A stretch of DNA of 64,000 bases from Chlamydiales bacterium (GTDB lineage Bacteria > Chlamydiota > Chlamydiia > Chlamydiales > SM23-39). Below the pieces are notes generated by a model. That model was not told the origin of the DNA, searched no databases, and saw nothing but the letters and a program-made list of their open reading frames with translations. The translations under genes were made by a program, and so were the position numbers. Positions 1 through 10,109 of this stretch are shown here, one piece after another. The stretch is from the NCBI GenBank assembly GCA_965261025.1, contig OZ253438.1, positions 725,808-789,807 on the forward strand. Reading direction: 5' to 3'. The first letter of the stretch is position 1. Each line of letters begins with the position of its first letter.

Positions 1-336
1 AGATTCGAAATAAATTTTAACAAATTCAAAGAAATAAAAAAAGAATATAATCAAAAAAATACTATTTTATTACTATTTTTAAAAAAACTATAAAAAACTA
101 ATATTTTCTTTATATTTTTAAAAATTTTATTTGCTATTGTATTTTTATCTCTCTCTAAAGAACATCTCTAAAAAAAGAGATAACTTATTGAAAATGAAAG
201 GAATATAGATTTTTAGGAAGAAGTTATACTCTCTTTACAAAAAGAGGCGATCTTTTTTAGACACTATAATCTTCAAAATAGCCTTTTAATCCTTCGAACT
301 CTAAAAAGAGATGGATCTACTAGCTGGAAAGGAAAG

Positions 337-354
337 GCCCCCTAAAAAGGGGGC
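337..354 (-). terminator. Hairpin downstream of the 421..1356 gene (candidate terminator)
   Basis: gccccct-aaaa-agggggc gives a perfect 7-bp GC-rich stem with a 4-nt loop, 67 nt past the stop of the minus-strand ORF. The minus-strand tail (ctttcctttcc) is only moderately T-rich. Confidence 0.3.
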
Positions 355-420
355 GTAACCTCTTTATACTTAAAAGACAAGAAAAACCCAGAGAGATCTA
401 TCCTCTCTTCAGAAAAAGGC

Positions 421-1356
421 CTAGTTAATTGTAGATCGATCATATCGGATTTTCAGAGAAAAACCCTCAAGAGCCTTAACTTTTGACACTTGCTCTCCAG
501 GATTACCCGTAGCTGGAGAAAACAAGGATACGATCTCGGTTAGAGATTCTTGTGGATTAAAACTTCCTTCATCAAACCGGTATTTAGAAAAGAGATGAAA
601 TAAAACCCAGCAAATAGCAAAAACGCTTGCCACCAGTCCGGCTACTTTTAAGGCAGAGCTAGCCGCTAAAGAGCCTAAAAAAACAGCACTAGCGCCGAAG
701 AATATCACAGCACAACTTTTCAGCAGATGTCCTTGGTACTCTAATCGCTCTTTAATTGCCCTTTGATAATAAACTAAATCTCTAGATACAGACCCTACCC
801 AATCCTGAATCTTCTGCAATTCTCCTGATGGACAGAACTCAAGTTTCCCTTGTTTCTGTAAGGTGACCTCAAAAGCACCCTGTTCTGGATTGAAAAAATC
901 CCTCGCCGCTGTAGGTCCTGATTCAACTTTTTCAAAAAAACGAACCTTCGTTTTATAATCTCCTCCCTGAAGAGCGGCCAAAAGAGAATCTATCTTAGAC
1001 TCTAACTCCTTGTAGTATCCAAAACTTCTATGGTAATTCCATCCCCCAAAGAGGGTGGCTGCCACCATAGCAAGAGCGGCATGAAAAGCATCACTGCGAT
1101 CTTGCTTCTCCTTTCTTTCTTCTTTACCTGAGGAAGAGCTATTCACATTAATCTGTACGTTCTGGTCTCTTCTTCCTAAAAAAGAAAGAGCTAGAAGGGA
1201 AGGAAGATTATCAAAAAGACCTCTGCGAAAACTAGAGCTCTCCCCTTGGGAATTTGAAGCAGACTCATCAGGATTTGGTAGCTCGCCTAATCTTTTGGCG
1301 ACATCCTCTAAATTTATGAGTCTTGTATTAGATGAATCAACAAAACATGGCTGCAT
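421..1356 (-). CDS. Hypothetical membrane protein with a bilobed hydrophobic domain (Inc-like candidate)
   Basis: 311-aa ORF. Residues about 214-256 (SCAVIFFGASAVFLGSLAASSAL-K-VAGLVASVFAICWVLFHLF) form two adjacent hydrophobic stretches. The N-terminus is Ser-rich and has no Sec signal. No family recognised. Confidence 0.6.
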   Translation of the reverse strand: MQPCFVDSSNTRLINLEDVAKRLGELPNPDESASNSQGESSSFRRGLFDNLPSLLALSFLGRRDQNVQINVNSSSSGKEERKEKQDRSDAFHAALAMVAATLFGGWNYHRSFGYYKELESKIDSLLAALQGGDYKTKVRFFEKVESGPTAARDFFNPEQGAFEVTLQKQGKLEFCPSGELQKIQDWVGSVSRDLVYYQRAIKERLEYQGHLLKSCAVIFFGASAVFLGSLAASSALKVAGLVASVFAICWVLFHLFSKYRFDEGSFNPQESLTEIVSLFSPATGNPGEQVSKVKALEGFSLKIRYDRSTIN

Positions 1357-1490
1357 ATCCCTTTCTCCTTTTTAAAAAACTGGAGGAACTTTACAACAAA
1401 AGGAGAAAAAAAAGAACCTATTTTTATTTTACACAAATCCTTTGTATTAAATACATTGCCTTATTTTTGGCTAAAACTACCCAGATTTTT

Positions 1491-2639
1491 TCAGGAATGC
1501 AGGTTTTTTATCTGTTTTAAAAATGTTTCTTGTTTTTTCACTGCAGAAAAAGCTTCTTCTTGAAGCAGCTTTTCTACGTCAAAGTGATGATGACTCCAAG
1601 CCCTTTGAAGCCACCCAGCAGAAGGAAGGGCTTTTTCGAGTCTAGCAAAGGCCCTAGCATTTCTGAGAGCTACTTCTTGAGTGGGAGAAAATTCATAGCA
1701 CGAAGAAGAAAGCTCCGCCACAAGAGCGTCATTTTTTTCCTCCTCGGCTAAAAAATGTAAAAGGGAAAGTGCTTCTTGCCCTACTTGTTCTTTAGAAGAG
1801 AGTAAAAGCTCATAGGCTTCCTTTTTTTTCCCTTCTTCAAAGTATAAAAAGGCCAAATACTGGGTTGCTGTATAGAAAAGCATTCCTTCCTTAGCTTCTC
1901 CTCTGAGCTCTTCTAAAAGAAGTTTTGCCTTCTCTTTTTCCTTTCCTTGAAGCGCTTTTTCTGCTTGTAGTAACTTTTCTTTCAAGTGGCTATCTTGATC
2001 TTGAGAAGAGAAAAACTTTGCCTTCCGAAAATGGTCAAAACTTTGAAAAGCAAAAAGAAAGAAAAGAACGCCTAAGATAAGATTTTGGTATAAAAAAGCA
2101 AAAAGAGCTATCCCTAGAGAAACAACCATCCCTATCAATAGAGAAACTCTAAACCCTTTAGGACCCCAAATACCTTCCAAAAGAATACGCAAAAGCTGTC
2201 CTCCATCTAAAGGAAGAACCGGAAGGAGATTTAAAATAGTCCAAAAAAGATTCACAAAGACAAAAACACGCAAACTGGAAAAGAGAAGGAGAGAGCTTTG
2301 GAAAAAAGAAAAAGTAGACAAATAAAGAGAGGCTAAAAAGAGAAAAAACCCAAATAAGGGTCCCGCAAATACAATTAAAAACTGTTTTTTATAACTTAAC
2401 CCCCCCAAGGGATAAGAAGTAACGCCTCCAAAAGCCACTAAATCAATCCGGGCTGGTTTTTTAAATAAAGAAGCAGCAAGAGCATGCCCTAATTCATGAA
2501 CTAAAAGGGAAACAAAAATTACGATTACCCAAATTGAGGTTCCTAAAAAACTTTGTGAATTAATAAAACCAATAAAACCCGCTGTAAGCCAAAACCAAGG
2601 GTGAATAAAAATAGGAATTCTTCCAGGAATCTTTAACAC
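1491..2639 (-). CDS. M50-family site-2 metalloprotease with a C-terminal helical/TPR-like tail
   Basis: HELGH zinc motif (LLVHELGHALAA) and the second S2P motif NLLPVLPLDGG, both within polytopic hydrophobic segments. The C-terminal roughly 170 aa are helical-repeat-like. The start lies 2 nt after the sucD stop. Confidence 0.8.
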   Translation of the reverse strand: MLKIPGRIPIFIHPWFWLTAGFIGFINSQSFLGTSIWVIVIFVSLLVHELGHALAASLFKKPARIDLVAFGGVTSYPLGGLSYKKQFLIVFAGPLFGFFLFLASLYLSTFSFFQSSLLLFSSLRVFVFVNLFWTILNLLPVLPLDGGQLLRILLEGIWGPKGFRVSLLIGMVVSLGIALFAFLYQNLILGVLFFLFAFQSFDHFRKAKFFSSQDQDSHLKEKLLQAEKALQGKEKEKAKLLLEELRGEAKEGMLFYTATQYLAFLYFEEGKKKEAYELLLSSKEQVGQEALSLLHFLAEEEKNDALVAELSSSCYEFSPTQEVALRNARAFARLEKALPSAGWLQRAWSHHHFDVEKLLQEEAFSAVKKQETFLKQIKNLHS

Positions 2640-2640
2640 A

Positions 2641-3519
2641 TTATCTCCTCTGCAAGGCTTGCTGCATCGCGTGTCCCATATGAGCTGGATTTTTGGTCAC
2701 TACAACACCTGCTTTTTCCAAGGCTCTTATTTTCTCTTTGGCGCTCCCTTTTCCTTGAGAAATAATAGCCCCCGCATGTCCCATCCTTTTGCCTTCTGGA
2801 GCGCAGCTACCTGCAATAAAAGCCGCTACCGGTTTTTTCCCTTCTTTTTGAATCCACTCTGCTGCCTCTTCTTCTGCATCCCCTCCTATTTCCCCTATCA
2901 TTAAAATTCCTTGCGTCTGAGGATCTTTTTCAAATGCTTCGAGCACCTCTATAAATCCCGTTCCGTTTAAAGGATCCCCTCCAATTCCTACACAACTAGA
3001 TTGTCCCAGCCCGAGTTCTGTAGTTTGAAAAACCGCCTCGTAAGTAAGCGTTCCTGATCTAGAAACGACTCCTATATTCCCTTTCTTATGAATTTCTGCG
3101 GGCATGATTCCTATTTTACATTCTCCTGGGGTTATAATACCGGGACAATTAGGACCAATCAACCGGGATTTTTTTGAACTTCCTATAACCTGCTTTACTT
3201 TTAGCATATCCTTTATAGGAATCCCTTCTGTAATACAGATGATCCATTCTACCCCTGCCTCTTCTGCTTCTAAAATAGCCTCTAAAGCAAAAGCAGGGGG
3301 TACAAAAATAAGAGTAGCTGAAAATACAACTTCTTTTTGGGCTTCTTTTACTGTATCAAAAACAGGGAGATTTAAAACCTTATCCCCCCCTTTTCCGGGA
3401 GTAACTCCCCCTACGATAGAAGTTCCATAAGCAAGGCATTTTTCTGCATGAAATCTTCCAGAAGAACCAGTTAGGCCTTGAACCAACACCTTTGTCTGTT
3501 TATTTACCCAAATGCCCAT
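2641..3519 (-). CDS. sucD: Succinyl-CoA synthetase alpha subunit
   Basis: The N-terminus [19 protein letters not shown], the SRSGTLTYE motif and the phosphohistidine loop GHAGAII are typical of SucD. The start overlaps the sucC end. Confidence 0.95.
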   Translation of the reverse strand: MGIWVNKQTKVLVQGLTGSSGRFHAEKCLAYGTSIVGGVTPGKGGDKVLNLPVFDTVKEAQKEVVFSATLIFVPPAFALEAILEAEEAGVEWIICITEGIPIKDMLKVKQVIGSSKKSRLIGPNCPGIITPGECKIGIMPAEIHKKGNIGVVSRSGTLTYEAVFQTTELGLGQSSCVGIGGDPLNGTGFIEVLEAFEKDPQTQGILMIGEIGGDAEEEAAEWIQKEGKKPVAAFIAGSCAPEGKRMGHAGAIISQGKGSAKEKIRALEKAGVVVTKNPAHMGHAMQQALQRR

Positions 3520-4678
3520 TTCGTCCCAATTGTACTACTTTTTCTGCTGCCTCTTCCAAAGTGGTTGTAGCCTGGATTGGTAAAGAAGAGCCCTCTAAAA
3601 GTTTTGTCCCCTTATCCGCCCGATTTCCCTTCATTCTAACCACAATAGGAACCTTTACCTGTAATTCTTTTGCAGCATGCAAGATTCCCTCTGCTATCAA
3701 TTCACAATTCATGATCCCTCCAAAAATGTGGACGAAAAGGGCTTTTACCTTTGAGTCTGACAAAATAATCCGAAATCCCTCAGCAATTTTATCTTTGGAA
3801 GCTCCTCCTCCCACATCTAAGAAATTAGCAGGCCTGCCTCCATAAAGCTGAATCATATCCATAGTGGCCATAGCAAGGCCTGCTCCATTTACCATACATC
3901 CGATATTCCCTTCCATGGCTATATAGGAGAGATCAAACTCTTTTGCTACCGCTTCTCTTTTAGTAAGTTGTGAAGGATCATAGTAAATGGCTAGTTCTGG
4001 ATGACGAAATAAAGCATTGTCATCTACCGTAAATTTGGTGTCTAAGATCCAAAAAAGCCCTTCTGTATCCTCAACAAAGGGATTGATTTCCAAAAGAGAA
4101 GCCTCCGTTTCCATAAAAAAAGCAGCCAGTCTCGTAAAAATCTTTTTTCCTTGCTCTTTTTTCCTTCCTTCCCAATGCATAAATTTACAAAGCTCTAGCA
4201 AATGATACGAATAAAACTTTCCTTCTATAGAGAAGGGGATATACAAGATATCTTGAGGCTTTTTCTTTGCTACTTCCTCAATCTCTACTCCCCCCGATTT
4301 ACAAGCCATAAGGGTAGGTTTTGCTTTTTTTCGATCGATAAAAAAACTAAAGTACATCTCTTGTACTATATCGATGGGCTTTGTAATCAACACTTTTTCC
4401 GATATAATCCCCTCTTTTCCTGTTTGCTCATTTACGAGTTTCATCCCATGCAGTTTTGAAAAGCTAGAAAGGATTTCTTTTTTCCCCCTCGCCATTTTCA
4501 CTCCACCCCCTTTTCCTCTTCCCCCTGCATGCACTTGAATCTTCATGACAGCGCTTTCTAGATTCAGCTCTTCCAGAATAGTTTCTACTTGAGCAGTAGT
4601 AGAGGCCACACCAAAATCTGGGATAGGGAGCCCCTTTTGGTGTAACAATTTTTTTACCTGGTATTCGTGCAGATGCAT
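3500..4678 (-). CDS. sucC: Succinyl-CoA synthetase beta subunit
   Basis: [12 protein letters not shown] start, ATP-grasp region, and [11 protein letters not shown] and FLDVGGGA motifs. Confidence 0.95.
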   Translation of the reverse strand: MHLHEYQVKKLLHQKGLPIPDFGVASTTAQVETILEELNLESAVMKIQVHAGGRGKGGGVKMARGKKEILSSFSKLHGMKLVNEQTGKEGIISEKVLITKPIDIVQEMYFSFFIDRKKAKPTLMACKSGGVEIEEVAKKKPQDILYIPFSIEGKFYSYHLLELCKFMHWEGRKKEQGKKIFTRLAAFFMETEASLLEINPFVEDTEGLFWILDTKFTVDDNALFRHPELAIYYDPSQLTKREAVAKEFDLSYIAMEGNIGCMVNGAGLAMATMDMIQLYGGRPANFLDVGGGASKDKIAEGFRIILSDSKVKALFVHIFGGIMNCELIAEGILHAAKELQVKVPIVVRMKGNRADKGTKLLEGSSLPIQATTTLEEAAEKVVQLGRNGHLGK

Positions 4679-4740
4679 TTTGCGGAGCCTTTCTTTGAAT
4701 TTCCTTATCTGTTACACTCCCTTTTTCCTTCAACCAGAAA

Positions 4741-5652
4741 ATGGCTATGTTTCAATCCGTTTGGGAAAAACTTAAAAATTCTTTTCAAAAGATCCGCTCT
4801 CAGCTGGGATCTAAAATTAGACATCTGTTTTCTAAAAAGGCAGAAGAGACCTCTTTTGAACATTTGGAAAAATTGCTTTTTGAAGCAGATTTAGGATCTT
4901 CCCTGTCTTTAGAGCTAGTAGATAAAGTACGAGACCTTTTCACTCAATCCAAAGATCCCTCTCAAGAAGAGGTTATTGATCTTTTAAAAGAAGAACTTTT
5001 AGCACTTTTTGATACCCCTAACAGGGCTGAGAAAAAGGGGTTTCCTCACGTTGTTTTACTAGTAGGAGTAAATGGCTCTGGAAAAACAACCAGTACAGCA
5101 AAACTAGCCGAAAAGTACAAGCAAGAGGGAAAAAAAGTACTCCTAGCAGCCTGTGATACTTTCCGAGCTGCAGCAATTGAGCAACTGCAAAAATGGGCTA
5201 ACCAAATAGGAGTGGATATAGTCTGCTCCAAACCTCATAGCGACCCCTCCTCTGTAGCTTTTGATGCAATTAGTTCTGCTATAGCAAAAAAGCATGATGT
5301 GGTCCTCCTCGATACGGCAGGAAGACTTCACACTAAAGTAGACCTTATGAAAGAGTTAAATAAAATTTACCGAGTTTGCCAAAAAAAACTGCCTGAAGCC
5401 CCTCATGAAACGCTTTTGGTACTGGATGGAACTACAGGACAAAACGCGCTAGATCAAGCTCGTCTTTTTCATAAATTTGTTCCCCTTACAGGGATTATCT
5501 TAACCAAACTGGAAGGAACAGCAAAGGGGGGAATTGTTGCGGCTATTAAAAGAGAACTTCAATTGGATACTTTATGGGTAGGAATGGGAGAAAAAAAAGA
5601 GGACCTCCTCCTTTTTGAACCGAAGGCCTTTGTAGAAGCCCTTCTACAATAA
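4741..5652 (+). CDS. ftsY: Signal recognition particle receptor FtsY (NG domain only)
   Basis: GVNGSGKTTS P-loop, DTAGRL, TKLEGTAKGG and DTFRAAA motifs. Confidence 0.95.
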   Translation: MAMFQSVWEKLKNSFQKIRSQLGSKIRHLFSKKAEETSFEHLEKLLFEADLGSSLSLELVDKVRDLFTQSKDPSQEEVIDLLKEELLALFDTPNRAEKKGFPHVVLLVGVNGSGKTTSTAKLAEKYKQEGKKVLLAACDTFRAAAIEQLQKWANQIGVDIVCSKPHSDPSSVAFDAISSAIAKKHDVVLLDTAGRLHTKVDLMKELNKIYRVCQKKLPEAPHETLLVLDGTTGQNALDQARLFHKFVPLTGIILTKLEGTAKGGIVAAIKRELQLDTLWVGMGEKKEDLLLFEPKAFVEALLQ

Positions 5653-5676
5653 AACTACTTCTGCTACTTTCTATCT

Positions 5677-6417
5677 ATGGAATACGTAAAACTCATACAG
5701 GATACGCTTTATTGGATACAGCAGGAAAAAAAGACTTTCCTCTATTCACAAAATCTTCTTTTCTCTCCCCAAAAACCGTTAAGTTCTTTTCGTTCTACTG
5801 CGAAACAACCCCTTGCGGTAGAAGGGTCTTTGACAAAAGAAAACTTGCTCGAGAAAAAGGAAAAAGACAAAATCCTCTCTATTCCAGAAAAAAAAATCCT
5901 AAAAGAGCAAAGGGTTTTTACCAAAGATCTCTCCCTCTCCTTTTCCAAAATCAGAACTTTTTACAAAACTTACTACCCTTCTATGAAGCTTTTAGAAAAT
6001 CCCCTGGAAGATGGTTTTAGCAAAAAAATAGCCAAAGCCTACATCTATAAAAATCAGGCTAGTGAAATAACCCTTTTAGCCTACTGTGTGAAAGAAAAAG
6101 ATCTCCTTTTTCTAAAAGCACTTGCCAAGGCCATCTCCCTCTATTTCTTCCCTTGCAAAGTCTTAGAAAATACAAAAGAGATGGATTGGCTATCTTTTCT
6201 TACAACACCCCATCTTAAAGGTATCATTGCTACTGAATACGCCCTTTGGGAAAAGGGATCTCCCCAGTCTTTTGTAAAGGAAATTCCCAGTCAATCAGAA
6301 TGGTTCCTCCACAATACTCCTCTCTTTTTTCTAGATAAGCTTTCGAGTTACTATAAAAATCCTTACAAGAAAAAAACTCTGTGGAATGAGTTATGCCAAA
6401 AACTGTCAAACCTATAG
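5677..6417 (+). CDS. Hypothetical protein
   Basis: 246-aa ORF in the same orientation as ftsY and priA. It overlaps the priA start by 25 nt. No motif recognised. Confidence 0.55.
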   Translation: MEYVKLIQDTLYWIQQEKKTFLYSQNLLFSPQKPLSSFRSTAKQPLAVEGSLTKENLLEKKEKDKILSIPEKKILKEQRVFTKDLSLSFSKIRTFYKTYYPSMKLLENPLEDGFSKKIAKAYIYKNQASEITLLAYCVKEKDLLFLKALAKAISLYFFPCKVLENTKEMDWLSFLTTPHLKGIIATEYALWEKGSPQSFVKEIPSQSEWFLHNTPLFFLDKLSSYYKNPYKKKTLWNELCQKLSNL

Positions 6418-8636
6418 AACCCCTTTTTTGTTCTGTTGTTCTGGATGAAAGATTTCCTAAACCTCTAGAATATGAGATCCCTTTCTCTTTGCATTGTAAA
6501 GCCTCTATAGGCTCTAGAGTCGAGGTTCCCTTAAAGGGAGGAAAAAAAAAAGGGTATATTGTCTCTTTTCATAAGAAAAAAAACTTCCCTTCGGTAAGAC
6601 CTATCTTACAAGTGCTTTCTCAAGAACTTTCCTTTCCTAAAGAGCTTTTTCCCCTGGCTGAGTGGATCTCCTCTTATTACGGATGCTCTCTATCCAAGGC
6701 ATTCCACTCTATGATTCCCAAAAGTGTGAAGGAAGAAATTCGTCCCAAAAAACGTCTTTTTATAACACTAAAATCCCCTAGAAAAGAGATAGTAAAAATC
6801 CTCCCCTCTTTTCGAGAAAAAAAACCCCAAAGAGCTTTGGTTTTAGATTTTCTTTTAAAACAAAAAAAGAGTGCCTATCTGCAGGAAATCCTACAAGCTA
6901 CTAAAATATCTAAAGCACCCATTGAAGCTCTTGTTCGAGAGGGGATTCTCCACTCCCAGGCTTTACTCTCTTCTGAGGAAGATTTTTTTTCTGACGTAGA
7001 ATTTTTCCCTACCGAAAAAAAGCCGTTAAATGAGCAGCAGAAAAAAGCCTTAGAATCGGTGCAAAAACAACTACATACTTTTGCTGTTTTTCTTCTATAC
7101 GGCATAACAGGAAGTGGAAAGACTGAAGTATATTTACAACTCATCCAAACTGTTTTACAAAAAAAAAGAAGCGTTCTTATTCTAGTTCCAGAAGTGGCCC
7201 TTACCTCTCAGCTCATAGAAAATCTACGTTCCAGGCTTCAAAAGCCTATTCATGTGTTCCATCATAAAAAAAGCCAAGGAGAAAAATACCAAAGCTGGCA
7301 AAAAATTCAACAAGAAGAAGGAGAAATTCTTATAGGAGCTCGATCTGCTGTTTTTGCCCCTTTGAAAAACTTAGGGCTTATCGTAGTAGATGAAGAACAT
7401 GAGTCTTCGTATAAACAAACTGAAGAGAGTCCCACATATCACGCAAGAGATATCGCCGTCATGAGAGGTAAATGGCAAAATATCCCCGTTCTCTTGGGAA
7501 GTGCCACTCCTTCTTTAGAAAGCTTTTATAATACCCAAACAGGAAAATACCAACTTCTTACTCTCCTTAAAAGGGCAAATAACCAGCCCCTTCCTAAGGT
7601 AAAAATTGTCTCACAAAAAAAAGAATGGGAAAAACAGGGAAGCTTTACCCATTTTTCCCAAGAGCTCCTACAAGGCATACAAAAGAGGGTTTCTCTAGGG
7701 GAGCAAACCCTTCTTTTTTTGAACAAAAGAGGATTTTACTCTTGTAAAATTTGTAAGGGCTGCTTAAAGCCCTACAACTGTCCTCACTGCTCTTTGTCTT
7801 TAACTTTTCATAAAAAAGAAAATACCTTGCTTTGTCACCTTTGCGGGTATAGAGCTTCTCTTTTACAAAAATGTCCTTCTTGTAAGACTTTCCAAGCAGG
7901 AGATTTCAAAGGCTTTGGAACCCAGCATGTAGAAGCTAGTTTACAAGCCCTACTGCCTGATATTCGCGTGATTCGAATGGATCGAGATACAACACAGAAA
8001 AAAGAGTCCTCTGAAAAGATCTTTCAAGAGTTTCGAGCAGGAAAAGCTGACGTGTTAGTTGGAACGCAAATGATTGCTAAAGGACTTCATTTTCCCAAAG
8101 TAACCATGGTAGGCATTTTAAACCCTGATTTTTTATTCCATATCCCGGATTTTCGAAGTTCTGAAATGCTTTTTCAACTCCTTACTCAAGTTTCAGGTAG
8201 AGCTGGAAGGGAGGAAGTAGCAGGAGAGGTAATGATTCAGACTTTTTTCCCAAACCACCCCCTATTTGCTTTAGCAGCAAAAGGAGACTTCCTCTCTTTT
8301 TATGAAGGAGAGATGAAACAAAGAAAGCTATTTTCTTATCCTCCTTATCAAAGGATAATCCGCCTTATCTTTTCAGGAGTGGAAGAAAGCAAGGTGGCAA
8401 ACAAATCCGCAACTTTCTTTCAAAAACTAAAAGAAGAACTTAGCCCAGAGGTAAAAATTTTACCTCCTCTTCCCTGCGGCCATGCAAAGATTAAAGATAA
8501 ATTCCGATTTCATATTTCTGTTTTTACAAAAAACGTAACAAAAACGATGGCCTCTATTCTTCCCTTAAAAGAAAAATACACCAGTTCAAGTCTTTTCATT
8601 TTTCTCGATGTGGACCCCTCTCAGCTATATTTTTAA
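6393..8636 (+). CDS. priA: Primosomal protein N' (replication restart helicase PriA)
   Basis: Walker A GITGSGKTEVY, DEEH box, and Cys-rich zinc region (CKGC..CPHC..CHLC..CPSC). Confidence 0.9.
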   Translation: MPKTVKPIEPLFCSVVLDERFPKPLEYEIPFSLHCKASIGSRVEVPLKGGKKKGYIVSFHKKKNFPSVRPILQVLSQELSFPKELFPLAEWISSYYGCSLSKAFHSMIPKSVKEEIRPKKRLFITLKSPRKEIVKILPSFREKKPQRALVLDFLLKQKKSAYLQEILQATKISKAPIEALVREGILHSQALLSSEEDFFSDVEFFPTEKKPLNEQQKKALESVQKQLHTFAVFLLYGITGSGKTEVYLQLIQTVLQKKRSVLILVPEVALTSQLIENLRSRLQKPIHVFHHKKSQGEKYQSWQKIQQEEGEILIGARSAVFAPLKNLGLIVVDEEHESSYKQTEESPTYHARDIAVMRGKWQNIPVLLGSATPSLESFYNTQTGKYQLLTLLKRANNQPLPKVKIVSQKKEWEKQGSFTHFSQELLQGIQKRVSLGEQTLLFLNKRGFYSCKICKGCLKPYNCPHCSLSLTFHKKENTLLCHLCGYRASLLQKCPSCKTFQAGDFKGFGTQHVEASLQALLPDIRVIRMDRDTTQKKESSEKIFQEFRAGKADVLVGTQMIAKGLHFPKVTMVGILNPDFLFHIPDFRSSEMLFQLLTQVSGRAGREEVAGEVMIQTFFPNHPLFALAAKGDFLSFYEGEMKQRKLFSYPPYQRIIRLIFSGVEESKVANKSATFFQKLKEELSPEVKILPPLPCGHAKIKDKFRFHISVFTKNVTKTMASILPLKEKYTSSSLFIFLDVDPSQLYF

Positions 8637-8717
8637 AACGCAAAATCAAAACGAAAAATTGCTAAGAATTTTTCTATCGTTTAAAGTCTCCCCAAACTTT
8701 TAAAAAAGGAGTAATAA

Positions 8718-9152
8718 ATGTCCCCCGTAGAAAATAGCGCCCATTATACTGTTGGTTTTGAATTATACGACGAAGAATTTACTTCAAAGAGACTTGAAGA
8801 GGAAGAGAAGCAGGAAAGTCAACTTGCTACTCGGGATGGACTACTGAAAAAAATATCATCAGGACCTGCTCATATCATAACGGTTGTGACAGACGAATTC
8901 GATCCTACCTGCACCTGCGTAAATGCAGTTTCCGCTCACTATTTACTCCAACAGGGGCTGCTTTTCGTTTCAGCTACCCCTTCTAAGAACAAGATAACGA
9001 TAACAAGACACTACGACCTTTATTCGAGTGCAGAAGACACAACCAAAATGACAAACCTTAACAACTTAACAAAGCGGTTTCCTTTTGCTAAACAAGTCTC
9101 CTCCCGAGAAGTGGTTATCGACCGAGTGGACTCTGCTGCTAACCTGAAGTAG
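8718..9152 (+). CDS. Hypothetical protein
   Basis: 144-aa ORF preceded by the strong SD aaggag (8706-8711). No motif recognised. Confidence 0.55.
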   Translation: MSPVENSAHYTVGFELYDEEFTSKRLEEEEKQESQLATRDGLLKKISSGPAHIITVVTDEFDPTCTCVNAVSAHYLLQQGLLFVSATPSKNKITITRHYDLYSSAEDTTKMTNLNNLTKRFPFAKQVSSREVVIDRVDSAANLK

Positions 9153-9177
9153 TCCCTTTCAATTTCCTACACGCTTA

Positions 9178-9202
9178 GGACCTAGACAATCCTGCTAGGT
9201 CC
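9178..9202. terminator. Hairpin between convergent genes (candidate bidirectional terminator)
   Basis: ggacctag-N9-ctaggtcc gives a perfect 8-bp stem. It spans the stop codon of the PhyH gene and lies 26 nt after the stop of the 8718..9152 ORF. There is no strong T-run. Confidence 0.35.
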
Positions 9203-10109
9203 CTTTCGATCTTCCCCTGGTCGGAGTGGCAAAATGAAAAGCTGGATTATCGGAATCTTCCCGTTTTTTTTGGTAATAAGTGGCCCTGTGCTCTCCTTCT
9301 GCTCCTCGATTTAAGGTAAAGAGCATAGCTCTTCTAGGCGTAGAACTGGCGTTTGGTTCTGAGTAGTGAGGGACAAAAGAAGTTATCAAGATCACGTCCC
9401 CAGGCTGGCTTTCTAAAGGAATCCACTGTATCTGATCTGAAAATCTTTTTTCGATAGAGCCATGAGCTTTACCCCCTTTCACATAGGGCAAAATTGCTTT
9501 ACCTTGTCTTAACTTATCAGACTCCACTTCTGGATTTTCCATAAAAGTACTTTTCCAATCCTGAGCTACTTGCAGGCATCCGTTTTCCACCGTTGCCTCA
9601 TCAATTGCAACCATGGCTGTTATATGGACTTTTGGTCCAAAAAAATCATAGGCTGGAAAATCCTGGTGAGGCAAAAAGGCTCCCCCTCCTGGCCATTTGA
9701 AATTTAACTTATCTTTAAATGGTATGTAAGATTCTCCCATCAAATTAGCAATAAAGGGAAGTAAGGTTCTTTCAATCAAGGAACACAGCCCTGGATAGCA
9801 GCTAAGCATATCTTCTGATCTACAAATCTGTTTTTGATTCTCTACCTCTGGAACAACGATTAAAGAACGAGGCATCTGATAGGCCAAGGCTTGCGGCGTA
9901 GTATCTAATCTCTCAGCCAGTTCTAACAACTGCTTTGATTCTTTGTGAATTTCTTCAGAGTATTCTCTCAAAAGCCTTACCTGCTCTTTTGAATAAAAAT
10001 TTCGGACTACCAGGTAGCCGTACTTATTAAAAAATATTTTCTGTTCCTCAATTTCTGAAGCCCAAGTATGAGCTAATCCCAGAAGTAAAATAACCCATCT
10101 ATACCTCAT
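9195..10109 (-). CDS. PhyH-family Fe(II)/2-oxoglutarate dioxygenase with an N-terminal signal-like sequence
   Basis: HxD (PHQDF), distal His (VPHYSEPN) and Arg (RRAM), in a PhyH-like context (YGYLVVRNFYSKEQV). The N-terminus MRYRWVILLLGLAHTWA-SE resembles a cleavable signal peptide. Confidence 0.8.
   Translation of the reverse strand: MRYRWVILLLGLAHTWASEIEEQKIFFNKYGYLVVRNFYSKEQVRLLREYSEEIHKESKQLLELAERLDTTPQALAYQMPRSLIVVPEVENQKQICRSEDMLSCYPGLCSLIERTLLPFIANLMGESYIPFKDKLNFKWPGGGAFLPHQDFPAYDFFGPKVHITAMVAIDEATVENGCLQVAQDWKSTFMENPEVESDKLRQGKAILPYVKGGKAHGSIEKRFSDQIQWIPLESQPGDVILITSFVPHYSEPNASSTPRRAMLFTLNRGAEGEHRATYYQKKREDSDNPAFHFATPTRGRSKGT

Noticed and set aside
8702-8717. A 16-nt string aaaaaaggagtaataa immediately upstream of the 8718 ORF, identical to the minus strand at 40593-40608 upstream of the 520-aa gene.
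   Set aside because: It is probably convergence on an A-rich Shine-Dalgarno/translation-initiation context. There is no extended similarity beyond the SD region.
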